DNA of 64,000 nt, from positions 314,085-378,084 of the forward strand of contig NMRA01000201.1 in the NCBI GenBank assembly GCA_002633005.1, written 5' to 3'. How positions within the stretch are numbered: position 1 is the first letter of the stretch; the number at the start of each line of letters is the position of its first letter. The notes beneath the pieces were generated by a model. The model had not been told where the DNA came from, searched no databases, and worked only from the letters and a program-made list of their open reading frames with translations. Below are positions 52,101-64,000 of the stretch, one piece after another. The position numbers were made by a program, and so were the translations under genes. The DNA comes from Phoronis australis. Its lineage: Eukaryota > Animalia > Phoronida.

Positions 52101-55100
52101 CGTCTTGTTTTCTAAATTGATGAATGTGAAGGGAATAGTATCTTGATAATTGCGAAACTGACGAAATTGTTGACTGACGGGTGCTTGTGGTGCGAGGTCG
52201 ATGTCACATGTTAAACTGGGGTTCGTACAACAAACATACCCTTAACAAATTGACGATCCATCCCCAATGTTTCTAGTCATGTTGACGTCTTTCTTTTCCA
52301 GTTTGTTTTCAGCGTGTTCCTAATCATTTCCATAGAGGTCGCAGCTGTCGTCCTTGTCATTATTTTCAAGGATGCTATTTTGACTGGTGCCAAGAGTGGT
52401 CTTTCTGCAACTCAAGCTACGTACTACACCACTAATTCATCTGCCACAGTTTTCTTTTGGAATTTTTTACATCTAAACGTAAGTTCCTAGCTCAAACAGG
52501 TCCATTCCAACAATGGATCTGACGACTAATTGCAATTAACGCTGTCTATAATTCACGTATCAGCTGTAGCTCCTAGGTTTCCTTATTATCCATTTTTGCA
52601 TGGAAACTACGATTTTTGAAACGTGTATCTCTATTCAGTGAATGTTTTCATTTGCCTGGTAATTACGCTATGTGTACGAGTTTGTTTTCTGCACATACAA
52701 AACTTGGCGTACCTACTAACGTTCTCGGATTCCTATGCTACCATTTATTCTCAAACTACATGCAATGTTACTGTTAAACGTCATTGTTGAATAAACGTGT
52801 GCCACGTGGCTTCAGTCACCGGGACACTATTTCCTTGCGTGCTATATATTTCTTTGCTCCCAAGCATTAAACAAATATACAGTTTTACAGGGAAAACTTG
52901 GTATCTTAAAAAATTTTTGAAGAAACGTGAACTTTAGTAAAGAGGTACATTGTAGCCAGCTGCTTTAAAAGTATGTTGGCAAGATAATTCAGATACTCTT
53001 TCAAAAACACCTTTTTGACTCCGCAGCTTAAACATGCTATTGCTTATTCAACTATAAAAATAGTGCATAAAACACCATGCTAAAATTTTGTGTTTTATGT
53101 ATATTCTGGGCTATTTCCCTTTTCTTTCTGCTTCAGTGAAATAGCAAAGTGAACGGAATATTTTTATGCGCTCATAGTAAATGCCGTCATCTGCGTCTGT
53201 GGTTCCACCCTGGTGAAATGTTCGTGAATTTTGGCACCATACCTAGCGAATTTTGCTACAGATTTGCCTTCCGCTGTGCCACCTATTGCAGCGCCACCAA
53301 TTGAAAAATTTGTTTTTTATTTGCCTGTTCATGTTCCTTGTTGGATCTTCAGTCCCCGTGAAGTTTGGTATGTGTGTTCGTATTGAAGAGATGCATTACG
53401 TTGATTTTGGAACGAATCCGACTACTATGGCGTACCCTAGTAGCAATTTAGGTTGTCTGACGAATGTTCGCAAAATTTGGCAAATAGTGCTGTCGACAGC
53501 ATTTGCCTTGCCTCGGGCGGATTTGACGTATACTGCGCCTCCTAGTGGTCTTTTTATATTACATATTACACGATACTACATTACTAATGAACACAATTGG
53601 AAGCGTGCCGTTTGCGGTGCAATAGTGGCCGCATTTCACCGCTTTTCATTACTCTTGTACATGCGTGCATCCGGGAGGGGCTCAAGGGGCTCGTTCGAGC
53701 CCCCGTTTGGCGAAGTGGGCAAAAAGGTCCGCCCCAGCGAAACGAAAACTCCTAAAAAAGTAGAAAACGAGACTAAAGTCCCCTAAAAAATGCAGTAACT
53801 TCCAAAATTCGTCGAATGCACAATTCATAGCTCTGAACGTACCCCGTGAATCTTAGTAAAAGATCCACATTCTCAAAATTCGATTACCCTATTTCTTAGT
53901 GTGGGTGCGCGCATGTCGTATTGCCAGCAAACGACATTCTGTTTTTCATTGCATGCGTCGTAATTACCTATCAAACAATCATGTATATGTATTGTAGCAA
54001 TCAGGGCAGTCGGTGCCGTGGGACAACTATTCTACCTCCATACTGTGCACATTTCTTATAATCGTGTGATTGTCCTCACCTAAGCAAAGTCTTTAGACGA
54101 AGTGGAGCAAAGAGTACCATTATTTTTTCCCGGCTTCATTCTTGCTTCGAATGCGCTCGAAATATGTGTTTTGATAGGTGTCTTGCCTAATAAACTTTTG
54201 CTATCTTTAATTTTACCTAAGTTAGCTCACTTTCAACACTGTTTTTAGTTATTCTTCAATACACCTTCTTTCTTCATATTGATAAGGTAAGCAAACTTAA
54301 GTATTTCAAAAAGTAATTATGGAAATAGAAATCTCAATTATTCTTACCGGGAGAAATATTATTATAGTATTTTGCGTTTAACGCGTGCTTGCGCCTGCCG
54401 TTCTGGCTTATTTTCATATTTCTTTTGCTTTTTACTTTTCAGTTGAATTGCTGTGGTGTAAACAACTTCACCGACTTCGCTAATTATACTTTTGAACTTC
54501 CCTGTACCTGTGTCAAAGAGGAGTCATGTGATGTCACGACAGATAAAGTTACATACTTGACTTCCAATCTTACCGAGAGAGAAAAGGTAGGCCTACGTTT
54601 TGCGAACTTCGATCCTGAATTTTAATGAGGCGGAGATTTCGCCGGTGGGACAGTGCAATACTGAGAAAGGGCAACATAGAAACGGAAGAATATCATGGCA
54701 GGTCGGGGGAGCAAAGGAGCTAAATGTCATGTTCCCAGAGCAAGGGATCATGCGTTTTATCAATTATGTGACAGCATAAGCAGATTTAGAGGGGCCCGGG
54801 GGATAAAGCTCAGAGCCTCAATCCGTGACAAAGCAAAAAGAAACGGAGGCACACACTTTTTAGGACTTTCGATAATGTTTGTCGTCCGGACATTGTAGTC
54901 CAGTGGTACCCCCGCGTGATATCGTTGATCCCCCAGTGAGCCATTACGAGTTTGCACGGCAGCCGAAGCATGAGTTTAAAGACTTGCAAACTTTCGTTAA
55001 CGATCATCAACGTACCTGAAGCTGCGTTTTAAGGATATGGAAAAACGTTTCTTCGTTTGAAATTGATCTAATGTTCATTATTAAACTTATAACACTCCTG

Positions 55101-57475
55101 CATATTGTTTTCCAAGCTGGTGCCCACGTGACATTGTCGAGGAACGAGTGGTGATTTCACCGCTGATTAGCTTTCAATGCTCAATTCTTAACCGAATAAA
55201 AAGTAAATGTGAAAGACTCTATAATTGCCCAGATTTGTCTGACTTTTGAACCACATACTACGGAAATGGTTGTTCGGACTCATATGAAACTTTCAGATAC
55301 TATGATTTTTGCGCTGTTCCCAAAACGGGGTTTGGAATTGTTTTTGAAATTTTCCACTTTTGCATGAGAAGCTATCAATTTTATGACTTTCACGAAAAAA
55401 TCGAACCATTATATATAACGAAAACGAAACTATAAAGTAGAAAACTGTAACAGCGTTTTGAGATTTCCTTTTGAACATTTATATTATTAAATGGAATTAA
55501 GTTATGCTATTGATACCATTGTTTTGCTTTTCAAGGCACCTTTCTTTTTGGGAAAATTTTAGGTCACGTGAGCTAATTAAAGGCATATTTGCGGATTATC
55601 ATAATCTGATTATATAAGCTTTCCATTTTCAGGCAATGTTTAAAATTTACCCACTTAATCAGTTCAAATGTACAGCTTAGCGGATTTTTGTCTAAATACG
55701 TGACGATAAGGTACTTCATAACTTTGAAAACATTAGCACGCGCTCACCTAATCTTGAATTGTTGCCCTATTAGCTGGCGATTCAAGTAACAGGCAATGCG
55801 TACATGTTCCTTTTAAGAATTTGCAGTTGGGGGGTTGGCAACTGCAATAAACGGTTGAAGCATTTTTATGCGCCTCCATATTTATATGTGGACGCATTAT
55901 GCTGTCATCCCCGTCCGACGTCCGGTCTCCCGCGTCCGCTGACTATGGAGGAGGACGACTTTAAGAAGAATCCGACACACGGTGTTCCCCCGAGTAGCAA
56001 TTTCATTTTTTCCATTTTCCATTGTTTCCCTGAAGTTCACTGACAGATTTTTAAGAAATTTTGTAAATAGCTTCTTGTTAAACAGAAAAACGATAGCATG
56101 ACCCCATTTTCGGGTGAATTTGACGCATATTGCGCTATCTGGTGGGCATTTTTATGAAACAAAAAACCCAGAAACATACCGTTTGCGATGCATTCGTGGG
56201 CGCATTTCAACGCTCCGCAGATGATTTCCATGTTCCTGCTGGTAATGGAAATGGACGCCTATCACGGCAAGGGATATCATGAGATCAATTTTTAGGGTTA
56301 TAGCCAACTGGGGGAATGTAGTTTTGACTTGAAAACGTGGCTGTATCCTCGAGTGATAGCATCGCCCCGCTCATTAGAGGAAATAAGGTACCGCTTAAAG
56401 GCACGCGGGGTATACGGGCACTCTGGGATACTAAAACAACCAAATCAAGCTTCAGGATTCCCCACCCTAACGTTACTGAAGACTGTCAATGGGGAATGGT
56501 ATTGCATATATTTTTCTAAATTTCAGGGTTGCTTTGACAGTCTAAACGACACCTTTATAAACAACCAGACTTCAGTTATCGCGATGGGTTGTGCTTTTGG
56601 TGCTTTTGAGGTGAGTGACATCTGGTGTGCGTTCCATAGGTACGAATCTGAGAAAACGCAAGAACAAGTTGGACTTCACCAGATATTGCCTGGTGTACTA
56701 CAAGCGAAGCACCAGATATTGCCTTGTGTACTACAAGCAAAGCACGTGATCACTTTAATGTTCCTAGCAGGATTCTTGCTTCTACCCTCTCTACCCTGGT
56801 GCATGGTTACTGTTCGTGGTGTAATATTTTGTGTACTGAAGTAAAGGGTGTGTAATGGTTCCACCATGTGAGGCCCGTGGTAAGTGTGCGGTTGTGAATA
56901 ATACACGGCGATTTTGCAGAGGGAAAGCATGGTTAGATTTCTAAACGAGCTAGGAAAACATTTCATATTTTGGTTGAACAAACTCAAAGCGCGCCTGCAG
57001 ACAGTCTTGGAAGAACTGAAGTTTCAGCAAGAATAACGTATACTTGAAAAAGCTGTTGGTCGTTTGGTAGACATTCCTTCAGACCACTCGGATGCTAAGA
57101 CACATTTGAACTAAGTTAGTCGGCATCAGTTAGTTCATGTCTGTTCTGTCTTTTCAGCTGTTACTCTTCGTGCTGGGCATAATCGTGTGTTGTGGGATTC
57201 CTAAAAGGAAAAAATTCGACGAGCGAAGACCATCACAGAATTTTGCTACCAGCCAGGCATACGAGAACCATAGTTTCAATCCTCCTCGCGAATATCCTGT
57301 TGATTACCCAATAGAACGGTTATATGAAACTCCGGGACCTTCTCAGGACTATCGGAAGGACTACCCCCGTGGTCACCCAATGGGTCCCGGATACAGCGAA
57401 CCAGGCGGGAGGTGGCCTCATGATCATCGTCCCGATTATGCCATGCGTCAATGGCAAGACCCGAATTTTCGATAG
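45857..57475 (+). CDS. Tetraspanin family protein, 6 coding exons, 335 aa
   Basis: Exons 45857-45934, 51230-51436, 52302-52478, 54443-54586, 56527-56610, 57158-57475, all phase 0. Features: CTKALLMFFTVIFW (TM1), GCYGSMSERKSLL, Glu in TM3, CCG motif in EC2, GC before TM4, Glu in TM4. Confidence 0.9.
48756..48972 (+). mobile_element. MITE copy 1 (5-bp TSD TAATT)
   Basis: Shares GAGCCCCC...GTTTGGCGAAGTGGGCAAAAAGGTCCGCC with 53660-53915. Confidence 0.7.
49068..49124. repeat. (TG)n microsatellite with a (CG)n core
   Basis: Visible directly. Confidence 0.9.
51230..51436 (+). CDS. Tetraspanin exon 2 (end of TM1, EC1, TM2)
   Basis: GCYGSMSERKSLLGL; GTAAGT donor. Confidence 0.9.
52302..52478 (+). 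CDS. Tetraspanin exon 3 (TM3 and EC2 helices)
   Basis: FVFSVFLIISIEVAAVVLVIIFKD...FWNFLHLN; strong splice sites. Confidence 0.9.
53660..53915 (+). mobile_element. MITE copy 2 (TIRs CATGCGTGCATCC / GGGTGCGCGCATG)
   Basis: Homologous to 48756-48972; flanks TTGTA / TCGTA. Confidence 0.7.
54443..54586 (+). CDS. Tetraspanin exon 4 (CCG motif)
   Basis: LNCCGVNNFTDF...LPCTC. Confidence 0.92.
55863..55940 (-). mobile_element. 3' end fragment of a related HINE-like element
   Basis: Reverse complement of the 22100-22177 microsatellite and hairpin end. Confidence 0.6.
56527..56610 (+). CDS. Tetraspanin exon 5 (GC and start of TM4)
   Basis: GCFDSLNDTF...AFGAFE; GTGAGT donor. Confidence 0.9.
56677..56745. 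repeat. 33-bp tandem duplication
   Basis: Units at 56677 and 56710. Confidence 0.85.
57158..57475 (+). CDS. Tetraspanin last exon (end of TM4 and long cytoplasmic tail)
   Basis: TTTTCAG acceptor; LLLFVLGIIVCC, then a basic cluster and a Tyr/Pro-rich tail ending at TAG. Confidence 0.85.
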   Translation: MLLFVLGIIVCCGIPKRKKFDERRPSQNFATSQAYENHSFNPPREYPVDYPIERLYETPGPSQDYRKDYPRGHPMGPGYSEPGGRWPHDHRPDYAMRQWQDPNFR

Positions 57476-60400
57476 ACCTTCCTAGGGATGGCTGAAGGGG
57501 CGCAACCAGACTATTTTTTAAAATTATTGAAGGACTGGAAATCAAGATGCTTTGTGTCGCGCCGTCTAGCTGAGTTTGCCATGACGTAATCTGAGTTAAA
57601 TCTGCAGAAACCATTCCATTAGTATAAGAAATGTTTTTGTTGTAGTCTGAAATTATTCAGTGTCTAGTACTTGTAAATGGTTGAAGATGATCAGGCATGG
57701 TGTGTTTTTATCAGATGCGTGGAATAAGGATGCAATTGAACATATTATGTCGTGCTACGTTATAATAAGTTAGACGGCGTTCAACCATAGGTGCTTATTA
57801 GGTTCAGTTACTCTTAACAGACTGTGTTATCCCTATTTTTAAAACTAATCTGACGATCATTTTATTGTCATGTTTTTAAGAACTTGGTTGACAAAATGAT
57901 TGCACTGATCAGAACTTTGCTGTATACTGAGTAAATTTTTGAACGAAGTTTGTGTTGTTGTCTAATGTGTGTTCGGTGATAATTATGACTATGACTTGCA
58001 AATGTGCACCTCTTTCGAAAACTGTGATTCCCCCAAGTTGCAACACCCTAGCTCAGCCACTGCACGTCGTAGTACCTTTAGTGAATGGTTTCACTGACGG
58101 AGAACCAGGAGACTATGTAAAGCAGACGACAACGTACATGTACAGTAGCAGGATTGATACACAATAGGATTAAAACGCCTATAGGCCTATATAGCCTACA
58201 CAAAACGTACCCAGAGCAGTTTAAATGAAGTAATATCCCATGAGACATTATTCCGCGTATCGACCGAGACTCGAAATGTCGGCAACGCCACTATTCAACA
58301 AACCTGACGCTGGAATAAGAATTTAAAAAACGGGATGGATGTCATTTGTACTATTAGTTATACCACCCAACTCAAATGCAACATCATGCACGAACTGCTT
58401 TCTTTGAATTATTCGCAAATGTGTATGCGAACGAACACTTATCATTGGAATAACTTAGAAAAATCCTTCACGTGATAGCTCTTGTTAAAACGTTCAGTTG
58501 GAAGTGACACAAGTGAGAAGCGTTTGAACTGAAGCGGTCAAGTTTCGGTAGCATAGCTGTCCAGCCCGGATTTCCCAGAGGTGAATGCCCCGGGTGTTCC
58601 TTAATGTGGCAAAGGAAATGCCCCATCAGGGTAGTAAGGGTGTAGTTGACATCGAACTGGCGCTTGAGTGCATTCACTCGTAAGCCAACACCAGTGTTTA
58701 TTAGGTGGCACTGGACAGTTAGGCTGCGGCCGCGGCCAATTTTGGGGTAGGCCAAGTATGGGAGCATTTTGTCAGTATACGCTGTGTGTAGGCTCACTGA
58801 ATGTGGTTTGTTTGTACTTGTGGACATGCTGAGAATGAAAAAGGCCACTTTCTCGGCTGTAGCTACTCTTCTTCAAGATGGTGGCCCACTGTTGCAATCT
58901 TGTGCATCGCTGTGTAGCAACTGAGAAATTGGCCGCGATTTCAGGTAGAAATCAAACAAGCCAGATTTGCAAAAAAGACTAGTTGGCTGACTACTTTTGG
59001 ACATTTTTGGAATCGGCAGGAAATTTGCTTTCGGAATCTAATGTTGGCTTTAGTCGAGCATCGGTTGGGAAGTGGTGATATTTTGGGGTGAAAAGTGCCG
59101 ATTTTGTATTTTTTGCCCTTCGTCTGGCTTGGTTTCCACTAGGAGTAAAAGGGTCAAAAATACAAGAGAGAATAAAGTTTCTGTGCTCATCTGTAGGGCT
59201 TGTGATGTGAAATGACTCAAAACTTTTCTTTATTTGCCTTCAGTTTTTGACAGAGTGAAGAAAGGATGAAGAGTCCATTGACGTGTGTTGTGACAGGAAA
59301 CCCCTGTGAAAACTGTTCAGTGACTCTTTACCATACTAACATCCATTCACGTTTCCGGACGAAAAACGCCGCCATATGATCTTGTAATATTGAGTATCGA
59401 AAGCAATGCCAAGTAGGCATTTCCGCTCTTGAGAACACGGCTTCATTTCGTCTTTTCCGTTATTCTAATCTTATGTCTCTTTGCTGGACATTTTAGAGCG
59501 GACTCGCGCCTGTTGTCAGACAGGTCTATAGTGAGCTGGTAGCGCCACTTGGTGACAGGGAGTAAGTGGCCCATTCAGAATCTGGGAAATTTCGGGCAGT
59601 TATACAATGAGGAAAAGCAATTTTAACCTATACAGAAACGTGGCCTGTACTTGATGTTCGAAGTTTATGTTAACTTTGTAAAAATCAAACTACTTATGTC
59701 GGAAAACGTCAAAAAAGATGATGGGGGAGCAACCCTGCACATGTAATGATTTGTACAGTTGGGTAGAATTGGTGCGCGAGGTACTATTCAATACACCGTC
59801 TTCCTCTAATAGCTTGAGTGTCTTTCGCAAAAGTGCACGCCACTAAGACAAACAAAACTTATAAAATCTCACCCTCTATTTAATTTATTTGAACTCAAAA
59901 TTAAACAATAAATTCAAATTAATAACATACAATTCCTGAGCACGTCATGGTGCGAAAATGATTATCTCCAATGACGGAAATGAGTGAAAACAACCGAACG
60001 TTTACTGACAAAAACAGCATTTCACTTATAATTCCTGTAGTTGATAATAGCAATTTTGAACATCTGAGATTTCTACATCCTATCAACTGATTGTAGGCAA
60101 TAGCACAAACATTAATAGAGATTCCTTATTGCGAACCCAAACTTGAAATTGTTTTCACAGCAGTAATAGTAATAACTTTGTAACTTGTATTCCATTCCAA
60201 AAAAGCCAGAGCATCAAACGAATACGCCCAGCATTCAACAAAAAACATCCGATCGAATAAGAAACCAACCACAAAAACGCCCAAAATAGCAAATATACAT
60301 ACCCCCAGCAATCAACAAAAAGATGCCCATGAAGCAAAAAGAACGCCCAGGATAACAGATTATATAGTCTCCCATTTACTAGACTAAAATCAATTAAAAT

Positions 60401-62319
60401 ATTACTGAACCATCAACTAGCAGCTTGAAATACATGTCAACACTACTGATTGAGCTGTACCCTCAAATGGGCCGATGATGTATGTAAGCATACCAGAAAT
60501 ATGTGGGCCAAGGATCTTTTTTCAAATTTTGACCTGATAGGGCAAATACAGTAAGTAGCATTGCCTTCCTGAAATATGAACCTTAAATGGCTAATATTTT
60601 TTGAAATTCACAAGTCAGCCACAAGACAAAATACAACTCTCCATGGTCAGTACCAAACATACCCTTTCCTTTACATGTACATTCACCAATACAGAACAAG
60701 GATGAGTTTTGTCAGTGGAAATATAGCACTAAAATGTAAACATTCCATGACCTTCAGCCTTTTTTGTGTTTGCTGTATTTCACAATTAATTAATTTTTTT
60801 AAGTGGTTCGAGTTTCCGTGGAAACCTCATTACATATGTTGGCAGTTGACCCCAGACCAATAATGCATGAGTCTGCTGTCACTCACAACAGCAGCGATTT
60901 TAGGTGATGGCGCACCACCGCAAATAAAAATTAAACCAAAAATTTATATTAAACTCAGTTAATTTTGAAAATATCATACATTATTTGTGCACAAGTTTCG
61001 ACTGAACTAACCTGCGTTAAAATCCATGTCACGAAATTTGTAACTAGAATCAGAAAGAGTACCTTTAAGGCAAACAATTAACGACACAAAAATGTTAATG
61101 ACATACAAAAATAAATTCTGAAAACTACAAAGAATCTAAAACACGATGATGCTATTAAATAGTATGACCCTGTGCACGCTACTGGAAACCCCTGGCTTCC
61201 AAATGAAATTATACTTTACACAGTTATGTATGCCCGTTTTAAAAATCATATCAAGCAATTGAAGCTGCAGCAAGCATTAAGCAATAATTTATCTACAAGT
61301 TCAGATGTAAAAAGCTTAATAGAAAACTTGCAAGAAACAGTAACGACAACAAAAAATACAAAATGTTGCATATAAATTGTGTAGCATTCCAAAAATGAGA
61401 CTCTTAAAGACCCACTCCTGTAGAACAGCCACTTGCATGAGATTAGGATCTTGTAATAAATATTTCTGATGAAATTCACATTCCAAAATAAATTTGTCCC
61501 CGATTATTCGTGCTGACTCAGAAGCCACCAAGCACACAATCAGATTGTTAATTCACTCAACGAAAAATAAGATAACCCATCCCAGACAAAACAAGCATGG
61601 CATCTCATTGAGAGCTGTCCTGTTTTGATAAGTTAAATTATTGCTCTACAAAGAAATACTCGTTTGATTCGAGGTGACCCACCAAAACAAAGTAATGTCC
61701 TCAGTCTGCTATTCTGTGAGGCATTAAAATTCCTAAAATAGCCAAGTTGAGAAGCACTTTTACTACCCAAAACCTTTTAAATCCCACATAAAATGAACCC
61801 CAGGCCACCAAACGCCAAGTGTTAGCAAGCATGTTCTATCTACACAGGTCAAAGGACATTGATAGATCGTTGAATAACTCCAAATTTTTGCTTTCTTGTT
61901 ACAACATGTAGAAGAAAGACACATAAAAAACTCTCAAAAGGACAAAAGATTCAGTTTTAGATTATTAATATTATCACGACCAGATCAAATCTTTTAAATG
62001 AGATAGTGCTCCATTACCATCGTCAACACTCAAACGTTAGAGATTTTTCGTAAAATATGCTATTGGCATGTGGTACTAATTGAATCTCGCTGTAACACGT
62101 TGAAAATGAGAAAGTGTGTTACCTCTATAATGCTTTTAGTTGTCTGGCTAGTAGGCAACACGACCAGTTTTCGGAAAAATCACTTACGACCAGGGTTTAA
62201 CATACTTACAATATTTCAAAATTTTCAGAAAGATTGTACTTAAGATTTATCACATTCAGTCATGGCAGTAACACTAATCATTCAGTAACCCCCATCAGAT
62301 TGGTGCTAGCTAGCCAAAA

Positions 62320-62533
62320 CTACCCCACGTGAATGGTGTAAACGGCTGCCCCCCTGCCAGGCTCTGTGGCAAACAATGCGGATGACAGGTTGCCGTTGAT
62401 CTGTACCATTCCAGCGTAATACCCAGCTGCCACCTTGCGGATGAACTCTTCGACGTGATTGCCTGCAACCATGGAAACAGCACATCCACCCCATCCTGCA
62501 CCCGTCAGTCGACAGCCAAGGGCTCCAGAGTCC
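62320..62533 (-). CDS. GALK2: N-acetylgalactosamine kinase (GALK2-like, GHMP family), last coding exon; the rest of the gene is not identified in this window
   Basis: [20 protein letters not shown]...YY...[10 protein letters not shown] then stop. The RLTGAGWGG variant is typical of GALK2. Not in the ORF track in this frame. Confidence 0.88.
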
Positions 62534-64000
62534 CTGAAACATTACGAAAACAGGCTCAGACTAGATAATGGAACAACGTTATATTTGATTATACTTTGGG
62601 AAAGATGGCTAAGCATGTTTTGTTGTCAAACAATGGTGAAAAGCAATTTAAAAAAAATGTTGCCTTGGTGAGTTGTGTAAGCAGACCCAGTGTCCACGTG
62701 TCTGCAAATGACATGCACTGAAAAACAATGAAATTTTTAATTAGCCTTTGAATACACTTTTTGTGCATTAGTGTCATGGAGGAAACCACGACGTCCGAAT
62801 TGAGTTTTGCACTGACTGGGTGCTTTAGATTCTAAGCTTGAAAAAAGTATGACTTCAAAAACTAGATGACATAAACAGTTTTAAAAACAGAACATTACCA
62901 CGGCTGCAGTGAAGTAAAATACTGACCCCGAAATATTGACTGCTGATGAATTTTAATCTTGGTTCATAACCTTTGCACATCATACAATAATTGCACAAAG
63001 CGACTCGGAAGTCCCTGCCATGTCTGAGTGGAAGTGGAGGTCTCAATAACAATGTCACACGGTCAGGGCAGCTGGATTAATCAATGACGATGAGTAATGC
63101 ATTGAGACAAGGAAACAGAAATTTGTTCGATAATTTCTCATATTTACACAGTATTGTTTTCATTGTACACAGAATGGGAGCAAGGCCATTAAATGAATCT
63201 CTAAGTCTGAACACAGGCCTTTAAAATGTGAAATCCTACAGGCGAGCATGGATTACCAGACAAGAATGCATACTATATTCCCCGTAATCATCGTCTACAC
63301 CCTTAAAAGCACAAAGTCAAACCTAACACATCACGCAGGCAGAAAGATTAGTAAGTGCCACCTGATTGTTTCGCGGCACAATGGATCAATTTTGCTAACG
63401 AGTTTTGTTCTGAGATGTCGCAAGTAAGTTTTTTGAACAAAATTAAAAAGGACACATGCAAGGTAAAACGAAGAACTGCGAAACTACACAGCAGCAGTTG
63501 GGAGTGAAAAAGATATTAAATTAAATTTTTGCTGAAACCAGAAGGGAACCTGTGTCCTGATAAACCGGAAATTGTGAATATGGTCAGGGAGAAGCTGAAG
63601 AAGAACCAAGAGGAATCGGAACATCATCATTTGGAACGACTTCGTGAGCTAGGAGTTGGATGGGCTGCTTGCAAAAAATCAAGACTTTGTGGAAGAAACA
63701 GAAGGCTAGTGAATCAGCCCCTGATTGGAACTGTCAGCCTCTACACACTTCGAGATGTATTTCTACAGGGGACGGAGTGCTTATGGGGATGTCCCTTGTG
63801 CAGTGATGTCAGATGACTCAGATGACAGTTACATGGTACCGTTGTTCCAGTTTGTACATTTGGCTCTTCAGAGGAATCTGGTGTTACCTTACGTCGATAA
63901 AATGTCTCGTTTTAACTGGATCCGACTTAAGCGAGTTTTACAGTATACAGCAAGCCACTTACCGACACAGCTGAACAAGTCTATCCAAATCAGGGTGACT

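Noticed and set aside
53253-53786. 177-aa ORF in a tetraspanin intron
   Set aside because: Runs through repeat and MITE sequence and has no protein signature.
63529-63816. 95-aa plus-strand ORF inside a GALK2 intron
   Set aside because: No recognisable motif and a non-ATG start; possibly a decayed TE fragment.

Overview
AT-rich, intron-rich animal (probably invertebrate) genomic DNA, not prokaryotic. It has two N gaps (21667-21877, 43370-43745) and a single-N join at 12033. Genes reconstructed by hand: (1) a 12-exon USP10-type deubiquitinase on the minus strand (about 45139 to 29037, about 968 aa) with a U12-type minor intron; (2) a divergently transcribed 6-exon tetraspanin on the plus strand (45857-57475, 335 aa) with a long Tyr/Pro-rich cytoplasmic tail; (3) the last coding exon of a GALK2-like kinase (minus strand, 62320-62533); (4) a probable minus-strand promoter/first exon near 19.9-20.0 kb, followed by about 19 kb with no recognisable host coding exon. 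The most striking mobile DNA is a TTAA-flanked Kolobok-type transposon in USP10 intron 2 (40039-41979). It has about 150-bp TIRs and two convergent genes, a THAP-domain transposase and a P2X7-ballast/KolX-like Cys-rich protein, fused by an internal deletion. A fold-back derivative built from two copies of the THAP-side end lies at 12983-13861. A near-identical partial copy at 11115 is interrupted by a Gypsy LTR/gag fragment. Many MITEs, HINE/DINE-like elements, palindromes and short tandem repeats are also present. All family assignments come from motif recognition, not database searches.
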